Assembly: GCA_013265495.1 (NCBI GenBank)
Contig: MU058423.1
Span: 1,811,061 to 1,875,060, forward strand
Direction: 5' to 3'
Length of the DNA stretch: 64,000 nt
Source: Vicugna vicugna
Taxonomy: Eukaryota
In this document: piece after piece, positions 48,101 through 60,110 of the stretch
Layout of the letters: each line of letters begins with the position of its first letter
Position numbering within the stretch: position 1 is the first letter of the stretch
The notes under the pieces: model-generated
Databases searched by the model: none
Told to the model about the DNA's origin: nothing
What the model saw: the letters and a program-made list of their open reading frames with translations, nothing else
Made by a program: the position numbers and the translations under genes

Positions 48101-50450
48101 TGCGAAATTTCTTAGCAAAAGATAAAATATGTTATGTAGGAGGAGCTAGATAAAACATAAGAGAAAAAATTCACCTGTAGGTTGTAAACCTTTTAAGGGT
48201 CATGGCTATGCTTTTTTAAAGTTAACATCCCAGCACATTGTCTGGTGCATAATAGATACTCAACAAATGAAGGGAGGAGGGAGGAAGAGAAAGGATTGGA
48301 TTGTCTCTTAATACAAGGTGGACCTGAGGCCACAGGAGGATGGACCAGAAGCCCCCGACTCCCCCAAATGATGATAATCATGACCCACGTACCTGGAGAG
48401 TTTAGGTCAAAGTAACTTCTTGACAGAATTTTCTGTACAGGCTTGAACTCTCTCTGTTTTCTGAGATTCCAAGCAGGACAAGGTAACAAACACCCGCCAC
48501 ATGCCCGATTCACTTTCTAAGGCATGTAGAATGCACACTCACTCTCTCCTCCCACATTCGCCCAGTCCCTGCTGTGGGTCAGAGGCCGAGACCAGCTCTG
48601 AGGTTACAGAGACCAAGAGGGGTCCCTGGTCTTAGGGAGATGAAATGGCCTCAGAAGCCCTGGAAACCCACACCTTCCCAGAGGGTGGGTCTGAGGCCTG
48701 CGCCTCCTGAAAAACCATCAACTTCCTGAGCTCTCCCTGGAAATTAATAGCCAGCCACGCCTCCCAAGCCTTGGCTCCTTTGGACTCGAGGAGAACTGGC
48801 CCCGCGTGATGTGAGCTCACCTACCAACCAGTCCTGGGACGGAGCCCACAGAGGGGAGGCTGTCATCAAAGCTCAGTCTCCCTCTGGGCGCTCTGCTCCC
48901 TTGGAAGGCAGGTTGCCACTATCAACTGGGAAGGAATCGGAAGCCCAGGAGGGCAGTCCTGCCAGCACAGACAGGAATTCTAGTCAGGGAGGGAGCTCTT
49001 AGCAGACAGAGCAAAGGGAGAGAGAGATGTTCCCTTCCGGTCCTCAAGGACCAAGTACCAATATCTTCCCTTTGAGTGGAGAGAGGGGAGAGCAGGGTTT
49101 TGCATTTCCCAAGAGAGACGCATCTGACCTCCTCTTGGACAGAGTGGGGACCTCGCTGCAGGGGTGGAGAAAGAGGCAGGACCTGTGGCCCCCTTTCTCT
49201 TCTTTGGGGTGACAAGGAGACAGCAGGGAAGGGAAGGCTTGTGGCCGGCACCTGAAGTCTAGCATGCTGGAAATGGAAAAGGCTTTAAAAAAAAAAAGCT
49301 TAAATAAATGAGTAGAAAGAGCAAAGAGCTGCCATCTTCTCTTTGAAACTGGATAAAGGGGGAAAAAAGAGAGGAAAGGACTAAGATGAAATGAAAATGA
49401 GCCTTGGAAAGGAAAGAGGTGTTCAGCTGTCTTGAGGTTTGTTATAATTTTCTCAGAAACATCATCTGTAAATGCAATGCTTAGGTTCAACCGCTTTAAT
49501 GACAGATGGGTGCCCTTGTAATTTAATTTTAATTTTTTTTAATTTAAATAGGCTCAGAGCACTTTACTTGCTAGGGCAGCACAAGGAGGAATCGCCATGT
49601 TGAATCTGAAAAGTCAGGAGACGGAAGGAGCCCGGGCTTGACAGCCTGATGTCACAAGCCCAAGTTACTCAACCTTCATGGGCCTCAGTGCTTCCAACTA
49701 TAAATTGGGGTTCATTGGGCTTATCTTTTAGAGATGTCAAGAGAACTGAGTGAGATGTCGACTCTAAAGCCTCTTTCACACAACGGGCACTAAATAATTA
49801 GTAGATTTCTGCTCCCCACGTGGGATCTCAAAAAAGGGTTCAAAACATAAGCAAGATCCCCATTGTCACTTGGCAGCGTACCTGAACTCAGGTGGGGCAG
49901 TACTTGGAACACTTCTGGGCAATCCTCTGGCTTCTGCCACCGTGTGCCCCTCGGGGCCGTATTGTGTTTTCCCATGAAGCAGAAACATTTACTTCCAAGC
50001 TCTCCGATGCCACTTCGTCGTGTTCTCAGAACTCCCTCCTGCGCCAGAAATAACCACAGTAGCGAGTAGTGCTGTGGGGTTTATGAAATGATTCCACACG
50101 CATTGTTACCTCACTTGAATCTCACAATAACCCTTCAAGACAGTCGAGGAGGTTCTGGTATTTGCCTCACTTTAGAGCTGATAAAACTGAGATTCCAAAA
50201 GCTCAGCGACTGGCCCCTGGCCTCACGGGCTAGCCTTTGGTGGGCGGGGACCCGAGGCTGCGGCTTCTCCCAGACATCACGACGGCCTCCGTCTGCGCGG
50301 GGTCTGGCCAAGCACAGCTTGCCAGAAACTGAACATTTGCTCTGAGAGAAAATGGGGGTAGGACTGGAGGAGGAGCAGCGCCTCCTACCCCGAGGGGGGC
50401 AGACTTTCCCAGGGGTCAGATGTTCGCTCTGCATCTTCTGGTCAGTGTGA

Positions 50451-50822
50451 CTGTATCTGTTTGCTAGGGCTGCCTTAACAAGCAGCACGAACAACAGAAA
50501 CCTGCGGTCTGACAGTTCTAGGAGCTCGAAGTCCGAGATCCAGTGGCAGCAGGGTTGGTTCCTTGGCTTGTGGATGGCCATCTTTTCCTACATCTCTTCA
50601 CGTTGTCCTCCATCTGTGCATGCTTGCCACCGTCCAGATGTCCCCCTTTTATAAAGACACCAGTCATATTAGACTAGGGCCCACTAATGAGTGATGACCT
50701 CACTTTAACTTGATCACCTCTGTACAGACACCATCTCCAAGTAAGGTCACATGCTGAAATCCTGGGGCTTAGGGCTCTAACACATCTTAGGGAGTGGCGG
50801 GTGGACACAGTAACCCATAACA
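50451..50822 (-). mobile_element. MaLR solo LTR (MLT1A/B/C-like)
   Basis: gtttgctagggctgccttaacaa...cagttctaggagctcgaagtccgagatc...ttttataaagacaccagtcatattagactagggccc...aaggtcacatgctga. Confidence 0.85.
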
Positions 50823-51444
50823 ATATGGTCTCCTTGGTAAATGAGGAAACTGGTTCAGACAGGTTAAGTCACAGGTCTAAAGTCACAGAGCAAAGAAAAG
50901 CAGCAGCCACTAGCCCTGACGCCAGGGCCTGTGTGTGCACCCACAACGGCACCTGCCCTCCCGCCACGGAGCCCACCACCTGCCACGGGCGCAGAGGCCA
51001 CCCCCCGCAGAACTGCCCCTTCAGACTGTGTCAGGGAGTAGAGTGAGGCGTGGGAGGAAGATTCCCAGTTAGCAACCTTGACCTTCCTCCTCTCTGCTAC
51101 CTCTTCAGGCTGTGGGGAGGGAGCAAGAGGGAGGAAGATGGGATGGGTAAAGAGTGGGTGGGGAGGAGAGAAGGGGGAAGCAATCGGCCGCTGGGGGGCA
51201 GGGAGTGCTGGGCGAGTCCCCTGAGGGTGGGGGCCCAGCCCCTCCCCAGCGCCTCAAGGCTGGTCGGTTTCCAATCAGCAGAGTGTCTGAGTGGGTTCTA
51301 GAAGCAGCTCCCACTAGTGACTTGTAAAAAGAAGGTATTTTTACTAAACTGCTTGAGTCACATATTGGAGTTTCTCAATGGCCTGGTTCCTGCCTTGCAC
51401 TCCCCAAAAAAGGGCCCCTGAAAAGTCAAGAATTACCTCCCCAC

Positions 51445-51470
51445 CACACACACACACACACACACACACA
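51445..51470. repeat. (CA)13 microsatellite
   Basis: Perfect CA run. Confidence 0.95.
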
Positions 51471-52184
51471 CCCCCTCAGGCCTGAATCTGCCTCCAGCAC
51501 CATATCCCTGAGCCCTTTTCCAGGGAATGGGAAGCACCCTGGGCTTGGGGGGTGTGGGGGAGGGAAGGAGGAGGGAGGCAGGAACACCGCAGGGGCCCTG
51601 AGAAGGGGCACAAGACGGAGCTGGTAGGCAACACCTGGCAGCCTCACAGAAAAGGTGTTTTTGGCAGGATGACTGACGCACCCCTGCTCTGCCTGGCGTT
51701 GGAACCGGAGACCCACGCTCTGCAGACCTCCCACTCTCTTCCCACAACCACACCCTGGACATCTGCCCCGCTTCCCCAGGAAACAAAACTCTGCAACAAC
51801 AGTTAATTTTTTTTCTTCAACTTCTCCTCATTCCTTTGTATGAGCTGTGTCCCATTTGCCTAGGAAATGTGGGGAGACCCGTTCTCTGCGCCAGCTGCAC
51901 GGCCCAGTGGATCTGCTGCAGATTAGCTGTGTGACTTGAAGTCAGTCACTCACCCTCTCTGGGTTGAGATTTACCTTCTGTCAGTTCAGCACACTCTAAA
52001 CACCCCTCCGTTCACAAAACTTGTGATCTAATCTCTCCCCTGCCCCCGTCACTGTGAGATCCTGGGGGACGGGGTCCTGCCTGAGAAGGCCTAATACTAT
52101 GTGCCTGGCCCAGAGGCAATGTTCGGCTGTATTTACTAAACCAAAAGTGTAATAAGACCACAAGTCTTTAGCCTTGAATGACAC

Positions 52185-52698
52185 TTTACACAGCTATCTA
52201 TAGCCATGAAACGAATTACCCCCAACACGCAGCAGTTTAGAACAATATGCAGTCATTATCTCACGGTTTCTGTGGGTCAGCAGTCCCAGTGCAGCTTAGC
52301 TGCACCCACTGGCTGAGGTTGGGTGCAGCGACCAAGTGTCAGCTGATGCAACAGTGACCTTAAGGCTGAACTCACGTGGTTGCTGACAAGATCGGTTTCT
52401 CTGGGGCTGTTGGCCTGAGGTTGCCCTCCGTTCCTCACTGGGTGAACCTCTTCGTAGGCAGCTCACAACCAGGCAGCTAGCTTCCTCAGAGTGAGCAGGT
52501 GAGTGTGCAAGAGACAGGCAAGTAAAGGGGGACCCATAGTCTTTGCAAACCAACCTCGGAACTGACATCCCATCGCTTTTGAGGATTGGCAACGAGAAAT
52601 TCGCTAAATCCAGTCCACACTCAAGGGGAGGGCTGCACAAGGGCATGAATCCTGGGGGCAGGGATCATTGGAGACTGTTGCGGAAGGCTGTCAATCAC
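52185..52698 (-). mobile_element. MaLR solo LTR (MLT1F-like)
   Basis: attatctcacggtttctgtgggtcag...cagctcacaaccaggcagctagcttcctcagagtgagc...gtccacactcaaggggaggg...gcatgaatcctggggg. Confidence 0.75.
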
Positions 52699-53908
52699 AC
52701 AGGGCAAAGCATTTCATAGGATAGTTTCTCACTTGCCAAAGTGGAGCTGGACCAGGAGAAGGATGATTACAATGAGAGGAGCACATGGGAATAGGGACCA
52801 CATGAAAATTTAGGGGCTCCCACATCTGATCGATTCCTGGACCACTCGGCCCAGTTTCCTGCCACCAAGTACAGGGTGTCTGTAGGTGCAGTCATCCTCT
52901 TGGTCCCCAAACTCCTGGCAGCTGAGTGCATGCCCACATTCCTGCAATAATGACATTCCCGCATAGCTTACCCCTTCGTACAAAGCACCTTCACATTCCT
53001 CATCTCTCTTTTTCCTTACGACTGTCTTCGGTAGGTAGTTCTTATGTGTTCCCATTTCACAGCTGAGGGAACTGAGGCCCAGAAATGTCACAATAACACG
53101 GCATGATGAATGGCAGGGTTAGAGCTGAACCCAGTCAGACATCCTTAAATTTATCTAAACTTTTAAAAACATGTTTCTCTATCAAGACAGTACCACCTCA
53201 AGTGAAAGTTCCGCACAACCACAAGCTACAGTGAGAACGAAGCTCTCATATTTATTTCTCTCAAGCTTAGTGTCAAGGCAGTGCCATCTTCCCTAGACTC
53301 TTGGCTTTGGGGACCAGACACTCCCTGACAACTTGAAATCACATCCAACCCTCAGCCAGGCTCAGGTGCCGGCCCTAGGACCCCAGGGGGACACCCTGGC
53401 CTTGGTAGTTTCCAGGTTTTGGAGATGGTTCCTTCCTTCCCTTCCTCCACAATGGTCCCCTCTCCCCGACTTAAGACATCTATAAGTCAATATTCTCCTT
53501 CCCTTCATGGAAACAATTTTTAGTAAAGAAAACAATGAGGCTGGTGGACAAGGCATGGGACTTTGTGGGACAAGTGTCCCTCTGTGATGTCTTAGCTTCA
53601 GTCTTGGCTCTCTGAGTCTTTGTAAGGAGACCATCCTGCTATGTTTGGGGGCAGGGGTGCTGATGTTGGGGGTACCTGATGGTATTCTAATGAACCGGTC
53701 CTGCAGCAGCCATAGAGAAAGCTCAGTCCTTGAGGAAGAGGGCAAGGTGAGCTCTGAAGGAAGTGGATTCTTGAGGTTAGTCACCCAAGAAAGTTTTAGG
53801 CAAGTGGAAGGGGGCCCCTGCCTCTACTAGAACCTCCCTTTCTTGGATCCAGACCTCAAGGAGGGAAGCTGTCTGGATATGAGCTTCAGGGCAGAGGGCA
53901 ATAAATGA

Positions 53909-54262
53909 TGCGGGAGGCAGAATAATGACCCCCTCAAATGTGAATATCTTAATCTCTGAAACTTTTGAATATGTTACTTTAACACGGCAAAAGGGACCTT
54001 GGAGATGTGACTAGATTAAGGATCTTGAGGTGGGGAGATTATCCTGGAAGGTGTGAGACCCACAAGGGTCCTCAAAAGAGGGAGGCCAGAAGTCAGAGTC
54101 AGGGGATGTGCCAACAGATGCAGAAGTGATGAGACCATAAGCCAAGGGATTCAGGCAGCCTGTAGTGACCAGAAAAGGCAATGAGATCGATTATCCCCTG
54201 GGTGCCCCAAAAGAATGCAGCTCTGCTAACACCTTAATTTTGGCCCACTGAGACTGGTTTTA
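53909..54262 (+). mobile_element. MaLR solo LTR (MLT1D-like)
   Basis: tgcgggaggcagaataatgacccc...gaatatgttac...ggcaaaagggaccttggagatgtga...attaaggatcttgaggtggggagattatcctgga. Confidence 0.85.
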
Positions 54263-55816
54263 GATTAGTCAACACAGGGCTCTCACACCTGACCATCTGG
54301 GGACATGTCACTCTTATTTACTCCCGTTTGAGTCATCCAGAGCCTGTGCATTAGAGCTGTGCACCCCTACCTGGACCAGAGGGTTAAAGGGAGCAGCATC
54401 CTTCAGTGGACCACGTGGGATGGCAGCAGTCGTTACCAGAGACCCCCGAAGTGGAGGTGACTTGCCTACGAGGTCCAGCCTCTGCTCTCCAATGAGAGGG
54501 CCCCTGAACCACGCCCACCCTGGAGGATCAGGTCTGAGTTCATCAAAGACATAAGCCCTGGCCTTTAGGGCACCCCCCTCCCTGACACTCTCTGCAGTGC
54601 CAGGAGGTCTGGCGTGACAGTCCTCTGCTCCGGGGCCTTAGACGCTGGGGTTGCCCACAATGGACCTAAGGAGATAGTCAAAGCTGCTGAAGGCTTCAAG
54701 GGCAAATCCTAGAGGTGGTGCCCCCTCCCCAGCCTGCCAGGCCCAGTCTGGGCCCTGGAGCCCTGCCACGCCGCTGCTGGAGCCAGCCTGCAGCCACTCC
54801 CCCTTCCCAGCCATCCCCATCGCCTCACAGCTCCCACTGCCCTCTGGCTTCGCCCTCTCAAACCCTGTTGGGACTATAAAGGTGACATCTCATCTGGGGC
54901 CCTTTGTAGGTTGTCCGGGATCTGTTGAAGTCCAGGTGTCCCATCTGGAAGCAGATCTAGGGAGCCAGTCATCGGCCACCCCAGGGAGGGACAGGCTTCC
55001 ACGAGCCAACGTAGCGCTCGCTTGGAGACCAGCTGAGTGGGTAAGCTTTCCAGGTGCCAGACCTGCTTGCCTTTCCTGCCAGCAAATGCACGCCCCACGT
55101 CAGGGCTCTGAAGCACAGGCTGACTGGGGACCATACCTTCTGGCTAAAAACTAGGATACTCATTGGCCAGAGAAGAAGTCTGGCAGATGAAGTTTGAGTT
55201 CAAATGTACCAGGTTTTTTTAGGATACTGCCATCAACTGAGAGAACAATGGGATGGAATATTTAAAATTGAGAATATGGTCTCTCCCAATAAATCTCACC
55301 TCGATAAGGCTCCTGATCACTGTCACCCCTTCACGGCTTTATGAGGAGGAAGGTCGTGCTTTGCTCACACTAATTAAGTGTGTTCCACAAATATTCAATG
55401 AGAGAGAGAGTGAAAGAGAGACATCACTTGGACAAGGCCCAGGCAAATTTCCTGAATATTTGTCCCAGACCTTAGGCCAGGGCAGCCAGGCCACAAGAAA
55501 GAAAGGCCACAGTCCCCTGCGTCACCTGCTTTAACCTCCCTAGCTCAGGTACCTCCAATGGGCAAGGGATTTCCAGTGTCCGTCTGCCCCTGTAGGCAGA
55601 AACATGCTGGGTCCCACCTGGGACTTGTACCCTCAGGCCTGACCAGTCCCAGAATGAGCTGGGTGTTCTGGAGCAGGCCAGGCAGCTTTAGCCCTAGGGA
55701 GGAGGGTGGGAACTAGTTTCCAGGGCTGGATGGGGAAGGACAGCTGAGTAGCTGGGCGGCGTGGGGCTGACAGACACAGTTGGGGGGGGGTGGTACATCC
55801 CTCCCATGATACTGCT

Positions 55817-56203
55817 TGTTATGGACTGAACTATGTCCCTCCAATATCCATATGCTGAATCCCTACCCCTCGTTGGGACTGCATTTGGAGACAGGGCCTT
55901 TAAAGAGGAAGTGAAGGTAAAATGAGATCATAAAGTGGGACCCTAATCCAATCTGACTGGTGTCCTTATAAGAAGAGGAAGAGACACCCAGGGATGTGCA
56001 GGCACAGAGGAATGGCCATGTGAGGACACAGCGAGAAGTGGCCATCTCATATGCAAGCCAAGAAGAGAGGACCCAGGAGAAGCCCACCCTGCTAACACCT
56101 TGATCTTGGACCTCAGCCTCCAGAGTCATGAGAAATAAATGTCTGTTGTTTAAACCACCCAGTCTGGGGTATTTTGTGATGGCAGCCCTACCAGATTAAG
56201 ACA
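55817..56203 (+). mobile_element. MaLR solo LTR (MLT1A0/B-like), near full length
   Basis: tgttatggactgaa...ccctaatccaatctgactggtgtccttataagaagagga...caccttgatcttggacctcagcctccag...aaataaatgtctgttgtttaaaccacccagtct...aagaca. Confidence 0.9.
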
Positions 56204-56621
56204 GCTCTCGAGGTGAAGAAGATACGGAGGTCTGAGTGGTCAGAGGAGAGAAAGAGGTCTGGGAAACATATGCACAAGCGCCCCGTGAACTTTGCCAGGG
56301 AGCACCCTACGGGCTGCAGAACGGCCTTCCTCTCCCTCTTGGGTCTGAATAAATCCCTGGAATCCAGTCCAAATCCGTAGCAGTGACTTGAATATCCACA
56401 TGGCGCTGTCTGCACCAGCCTGTCAGTCAATCTCTCAGGCCAAAAACAATGATTCCTGAAGTTTCTCAGATTCCAACTTCTCTCCCTAAGTGGCCTGTGT
56501 CTGGGACTCCCTGGAAATGTGTGGCCTTAGGAAAGTGCTTGGAGATTCACATCCAAACTCACCAAGGCCACAGCACAGGCACTGGAGCTCTGGCTTCCGC
56601 ATTCCTTTAGCTTAGAGCCGC

Positions 56622-56685
56622 CTGCCTCATTGTCTTAGGACCTGAGGCTGAGGGACTGCCTCATTGTCTTGGGACCTGAGGCTGA
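56622..56685 (+). repeat. Tandem duplication, period 34 bp
   Basis: ctgcctcattgtctt(a/g)ggacctgaggctga at 56622-56651 and 56656-56685, with one mismatch. Confidence 0.95.
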
Positions 56686-59600
56686 CTCGGGGAGTCCCTG
56701 GGGCACAGGCCTGGGCATCTGGACAGCCAGTCTGCCCGCAGTCCACTCCAGTGTTTCTGAATGACTCTCTTGACGAGAAATGCCCCCAGGGATCTGCTAT
56801 GGGGACTGTGGTTGAGATGTGGTGCTCCCAGGGGAGGTCCTAGCTTACAGGATTTCTCAGGCCACAGTTCAAGGCTGCAGGAGGTGTGGCTGCCTCCACC
56901 TGGGAGGCTCCTTGGTGCCTCTCCCAGGCCCTAAAAATAAAGCTCCAAGGACACAGGTCTTCTAGTCTCAATGCTAGACGGAGCCCTGGGAAAAAAAAGG
57001 AGTCTCAGGTTTTGTGGTCCAGGCCAGAGGGGTGGGCAAGGACACAAGTAGGGGGGGTTCAGCACCTCAGGTGGAGCTTTACTGTCACCCAGAGAAAGAG
57101 GTGAAGGCCATGAGCAGTCTCCAAAAAGGAAGCACACTTCCACCAGCCAGAACAGGAAGACAACTCTGGTCTGCATCTTCCCAGGCCCAGCCCAGCTCCA
57201 GGGAGTGTGTCTCATGCAACAGGTCCTGTCAGCTCGCCAAGCTCCCTGGCGCTGGAACTCCTTGGAGTGGAGGTCTGTTCCGCTGACCTGGAAGAGCTAA
57301 TGCTGCCCCCAGGCCCCTCAGACACACACAGCAGCACATCCTCACCTGGCCAGCTCTAGCAGGCACTGTAAATTCTATTGTTTGATTGGCCTGGGCTGGG
57401 AAGGAGGAACATTGCGGGACATAAATGGTGTACAAAGCTGTCATTTGAGATTAGGTCACTAGAGGGCACTCCAGGACAAGAGGTGAGTCCCCACAGCAGC
57501 GGATTGTTTGGAGTTTATTCATTCAACATACATCTAATGAACAATTACTCTGTGTCAAAGACTAAGTGCTATGAAGGATACAAAAATGTTGAGATGTGAC
57601 TCCTGTCCTCAAAGACAGGGTCATCTCATTAGAAACATAAGAGGCACAAGCGAAAAAAAAAAAGGATTCATATTCATCCGCTAGTAACTGCTATTTGTCG
57701 AGTGCTAATTAAACACACACTATGATTTCTACCTATAGTGCTTGTCTCTCCCTCATATCCACGTACCTGTCTGCCTCTTTCATGTCTTTGCTCAGAGGGC
57801 ACCTTCTCACGGAGCCCACGCTCCGCACAGCGTGTTCCCACAGCACTCCATCATCTTACCCTGCTCCACTTCCTCCCGGGGCACTTAAAACGGTCCAACA
57901 TGCTGCACAGTTCACACACTTCTTGTCTCCACTGTCTATGCCACTGACAGAGCTCCCCAGAGGTGGAGTTCTGTGTGCCGTGTTCACTGAGGGACACACA
58001 CAGTAGGCCCTCAAAACATTTTTTAAAAAACAAGACAGGTGACAATTCTAATTAGCCTCAAGTAAACAGAGTGGCCAGGGGTCAGCTAGCGAGTATTCCG
58101 GCGGTTTGGAGGGTTTGGGTGAAATGGGCCTCATGTACAGTGAGGGGTTCTCAGAAGAGGAGGCATTTAAGCTGGTCTTGAAGAAGGAAGAGAAGTTCAC
58201 AGGTCGGAGAAAGTGGAAAAAGACATCAGGCAAAGGGAACAGCATGAGCAAAGGCCCAGAGGCCAGCTCTGCGTGGTGGTAGGTGTGGCCACAGCTGAAG
58301 GACAAACCAGATGCTTCTTCTGGCAGCCCCCAGCCCCAACCAGGGCTACTGGGCGTATCCAGGCCATGTTCATCGGCCTGCCCTAGGCTTTCCCTCGCCC
58401 CACCCTCCCAATGCCAGCTTCCTGCTCTTGGTGTGCGTGTGTGTTTCATTTGCATGTCTTGCTGTCGAGGGCTCCCTGACATGGGCAACCTTCATCACTC
58501 CCACTGCAGAGCTATTCTCCCTTCTGCTGCTGCTGCAAGCAAGAAACAAGCTGCACAGCTCAGAAAACAATCCATCATTTTGTCATAACATTTCCATTTC
58601 AAAGACTTCCTTTCCAAGCTTCTCTCTGGCCAAAACTTCCTCTCATTAGCATGAAGAGGAGTGGCAGGAAAATGAGTGACAAGGAAGGGAGAGGAACTGG
58701 AAGAGGGCTCGCAGCCTGAGGCCCCTGCCAGTGTGTACTCAGGGGCAGGGCAGGGACCGGTAGGAGACCGAGACACTTTGTGTGTGTGCGCGCGTGCACC
58801 CTCGTGTCTTTGTGAGCTCGTGTTCTCAGCACTTAGGGATTCATGCTGCTGGGTCAGAGATCTGCTCGCTCATATCACGAGGCATAGACCCCCCTTGGGC
58901 GATTACACGCCGCCGTGCTGTGCCAGGAAGTCTGCTGGACACTGAGGATTCAGAGGAAAGAGGCTGTGCGGTTGTCAGGGACCAACAAGTAAATGAGTAA
59001 CGAAGACAGGATGAAAGCTATTGTAAAGACCCCTGCCGAGCAATGAGGAAGCCGGAAGGCGGAAGTCTGGTGCTCTGGGGGTGTCTCCTCAGAGGACACT
59101 GAAAGCTGGTCTTGAAGCCTGAGAAGCAGTTCACAGGTCAGAGAGAGCGGCATGAGCAGAGGCCCAGAGGCCAGCCCTGCAGGCGGCAGGTGTGGCCAAA
59201 TCATCAGACGGCAGCAGTTGCATGGAGGGTGGACGGGAATGGCCCCTGAGACTTCTCAGCTGCCCCTCCCAGCCCTGGTTCTCGTCAGCAGGCAGTGCCT
59301 GTGGGGGACCAGGTAGTGAGTCAGCCCTCCCTGCAGGGACCTCCCAGCATCACAGCTCCTCACTGGCCTCCAGACTGGCCCGCTTCAGAAGCAAGTGGCA
59401 GATGTGCCCCTTCCAAGGCCCTTCATCACCCCCGACTCCAGGGCCTGGGCCTGCTGCAGAGCCCAGCGTAGGCCCCTCAGCAGAAATGTAAAACCCTGGA
59501 GGCAGCGTGGGCCCCTTCTCTCCCCTTCAGCATCCTCCCAGCATGCCCCGAGCTATCCCTTCCCCAGGGGCAGCCAAGGACTGGGAGTGTCCCAGGCTCA

Positions 59601-59699
59601 TGATGGGAGGGAAAAGATACAGAGTGGGTCCGAGCATGCGTGCGGTGGGGGTGGTTACAAAGATGGAGAGGAAAGAGGAGACTTACTCGTGAGGATGAG

Positions 59700-60110
59700 T
59701 GGGTCAGTCATTCATTCACTCATTCATTCAATAATACCTGAAGGGGACATTCCATGAGTCAGGCACCCAAGATATCAAAATGAGAGGTGCACAGTGTCTG
59801 TCCTCGGGGAGCCCACAGTCCATGAAGGGGACAGACAAGAAAATTAAAATACCAAGCATACACGAAGGGGAGTGCTGGGCCCAGCGGGGGCCCCAGGAGG
59901 GCACAAAGCCAGCCTAGCCAGGAGCATCCTAAAGAGGTCTGGACCGAGGTGAGGTTTGAAGGACAATTAAAGGTGGGCCACAGGAGTTGCAGTGTGGAGA
60001 ACATTCCAAGCAGAGCCTTCCCTGCAGCCAGGAGAAATCCCAGGAGCAGACTCTGAGGCTGTCGTGGCCCACTGGGCCTCCTGGGACAGGTGCAAGATGG
60101 GCAGGGGTGC
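59700..60110 (-). mobile_element. L2 remnant
   Basis: cattcattcactcattcattcaataa...gtcctcggggagcccacagtc...aggtgaggtttgaaggac...gagaacattccaagcagag. Confidence 0.7.

Noticed and set aside
48912-48926. GTTGCCACTATCAAC, X-box-like
   Set aside because: It has a mismatch in the right half and the less common spacing; much weaker than the 34736 site.
54873-54884. ACTATAAAGGTG shared with 60958-60969
   Set aside because: About 100 12-mer matches are expected by chance in 64 kb; the flanks do not align and no Inr follows this copy.
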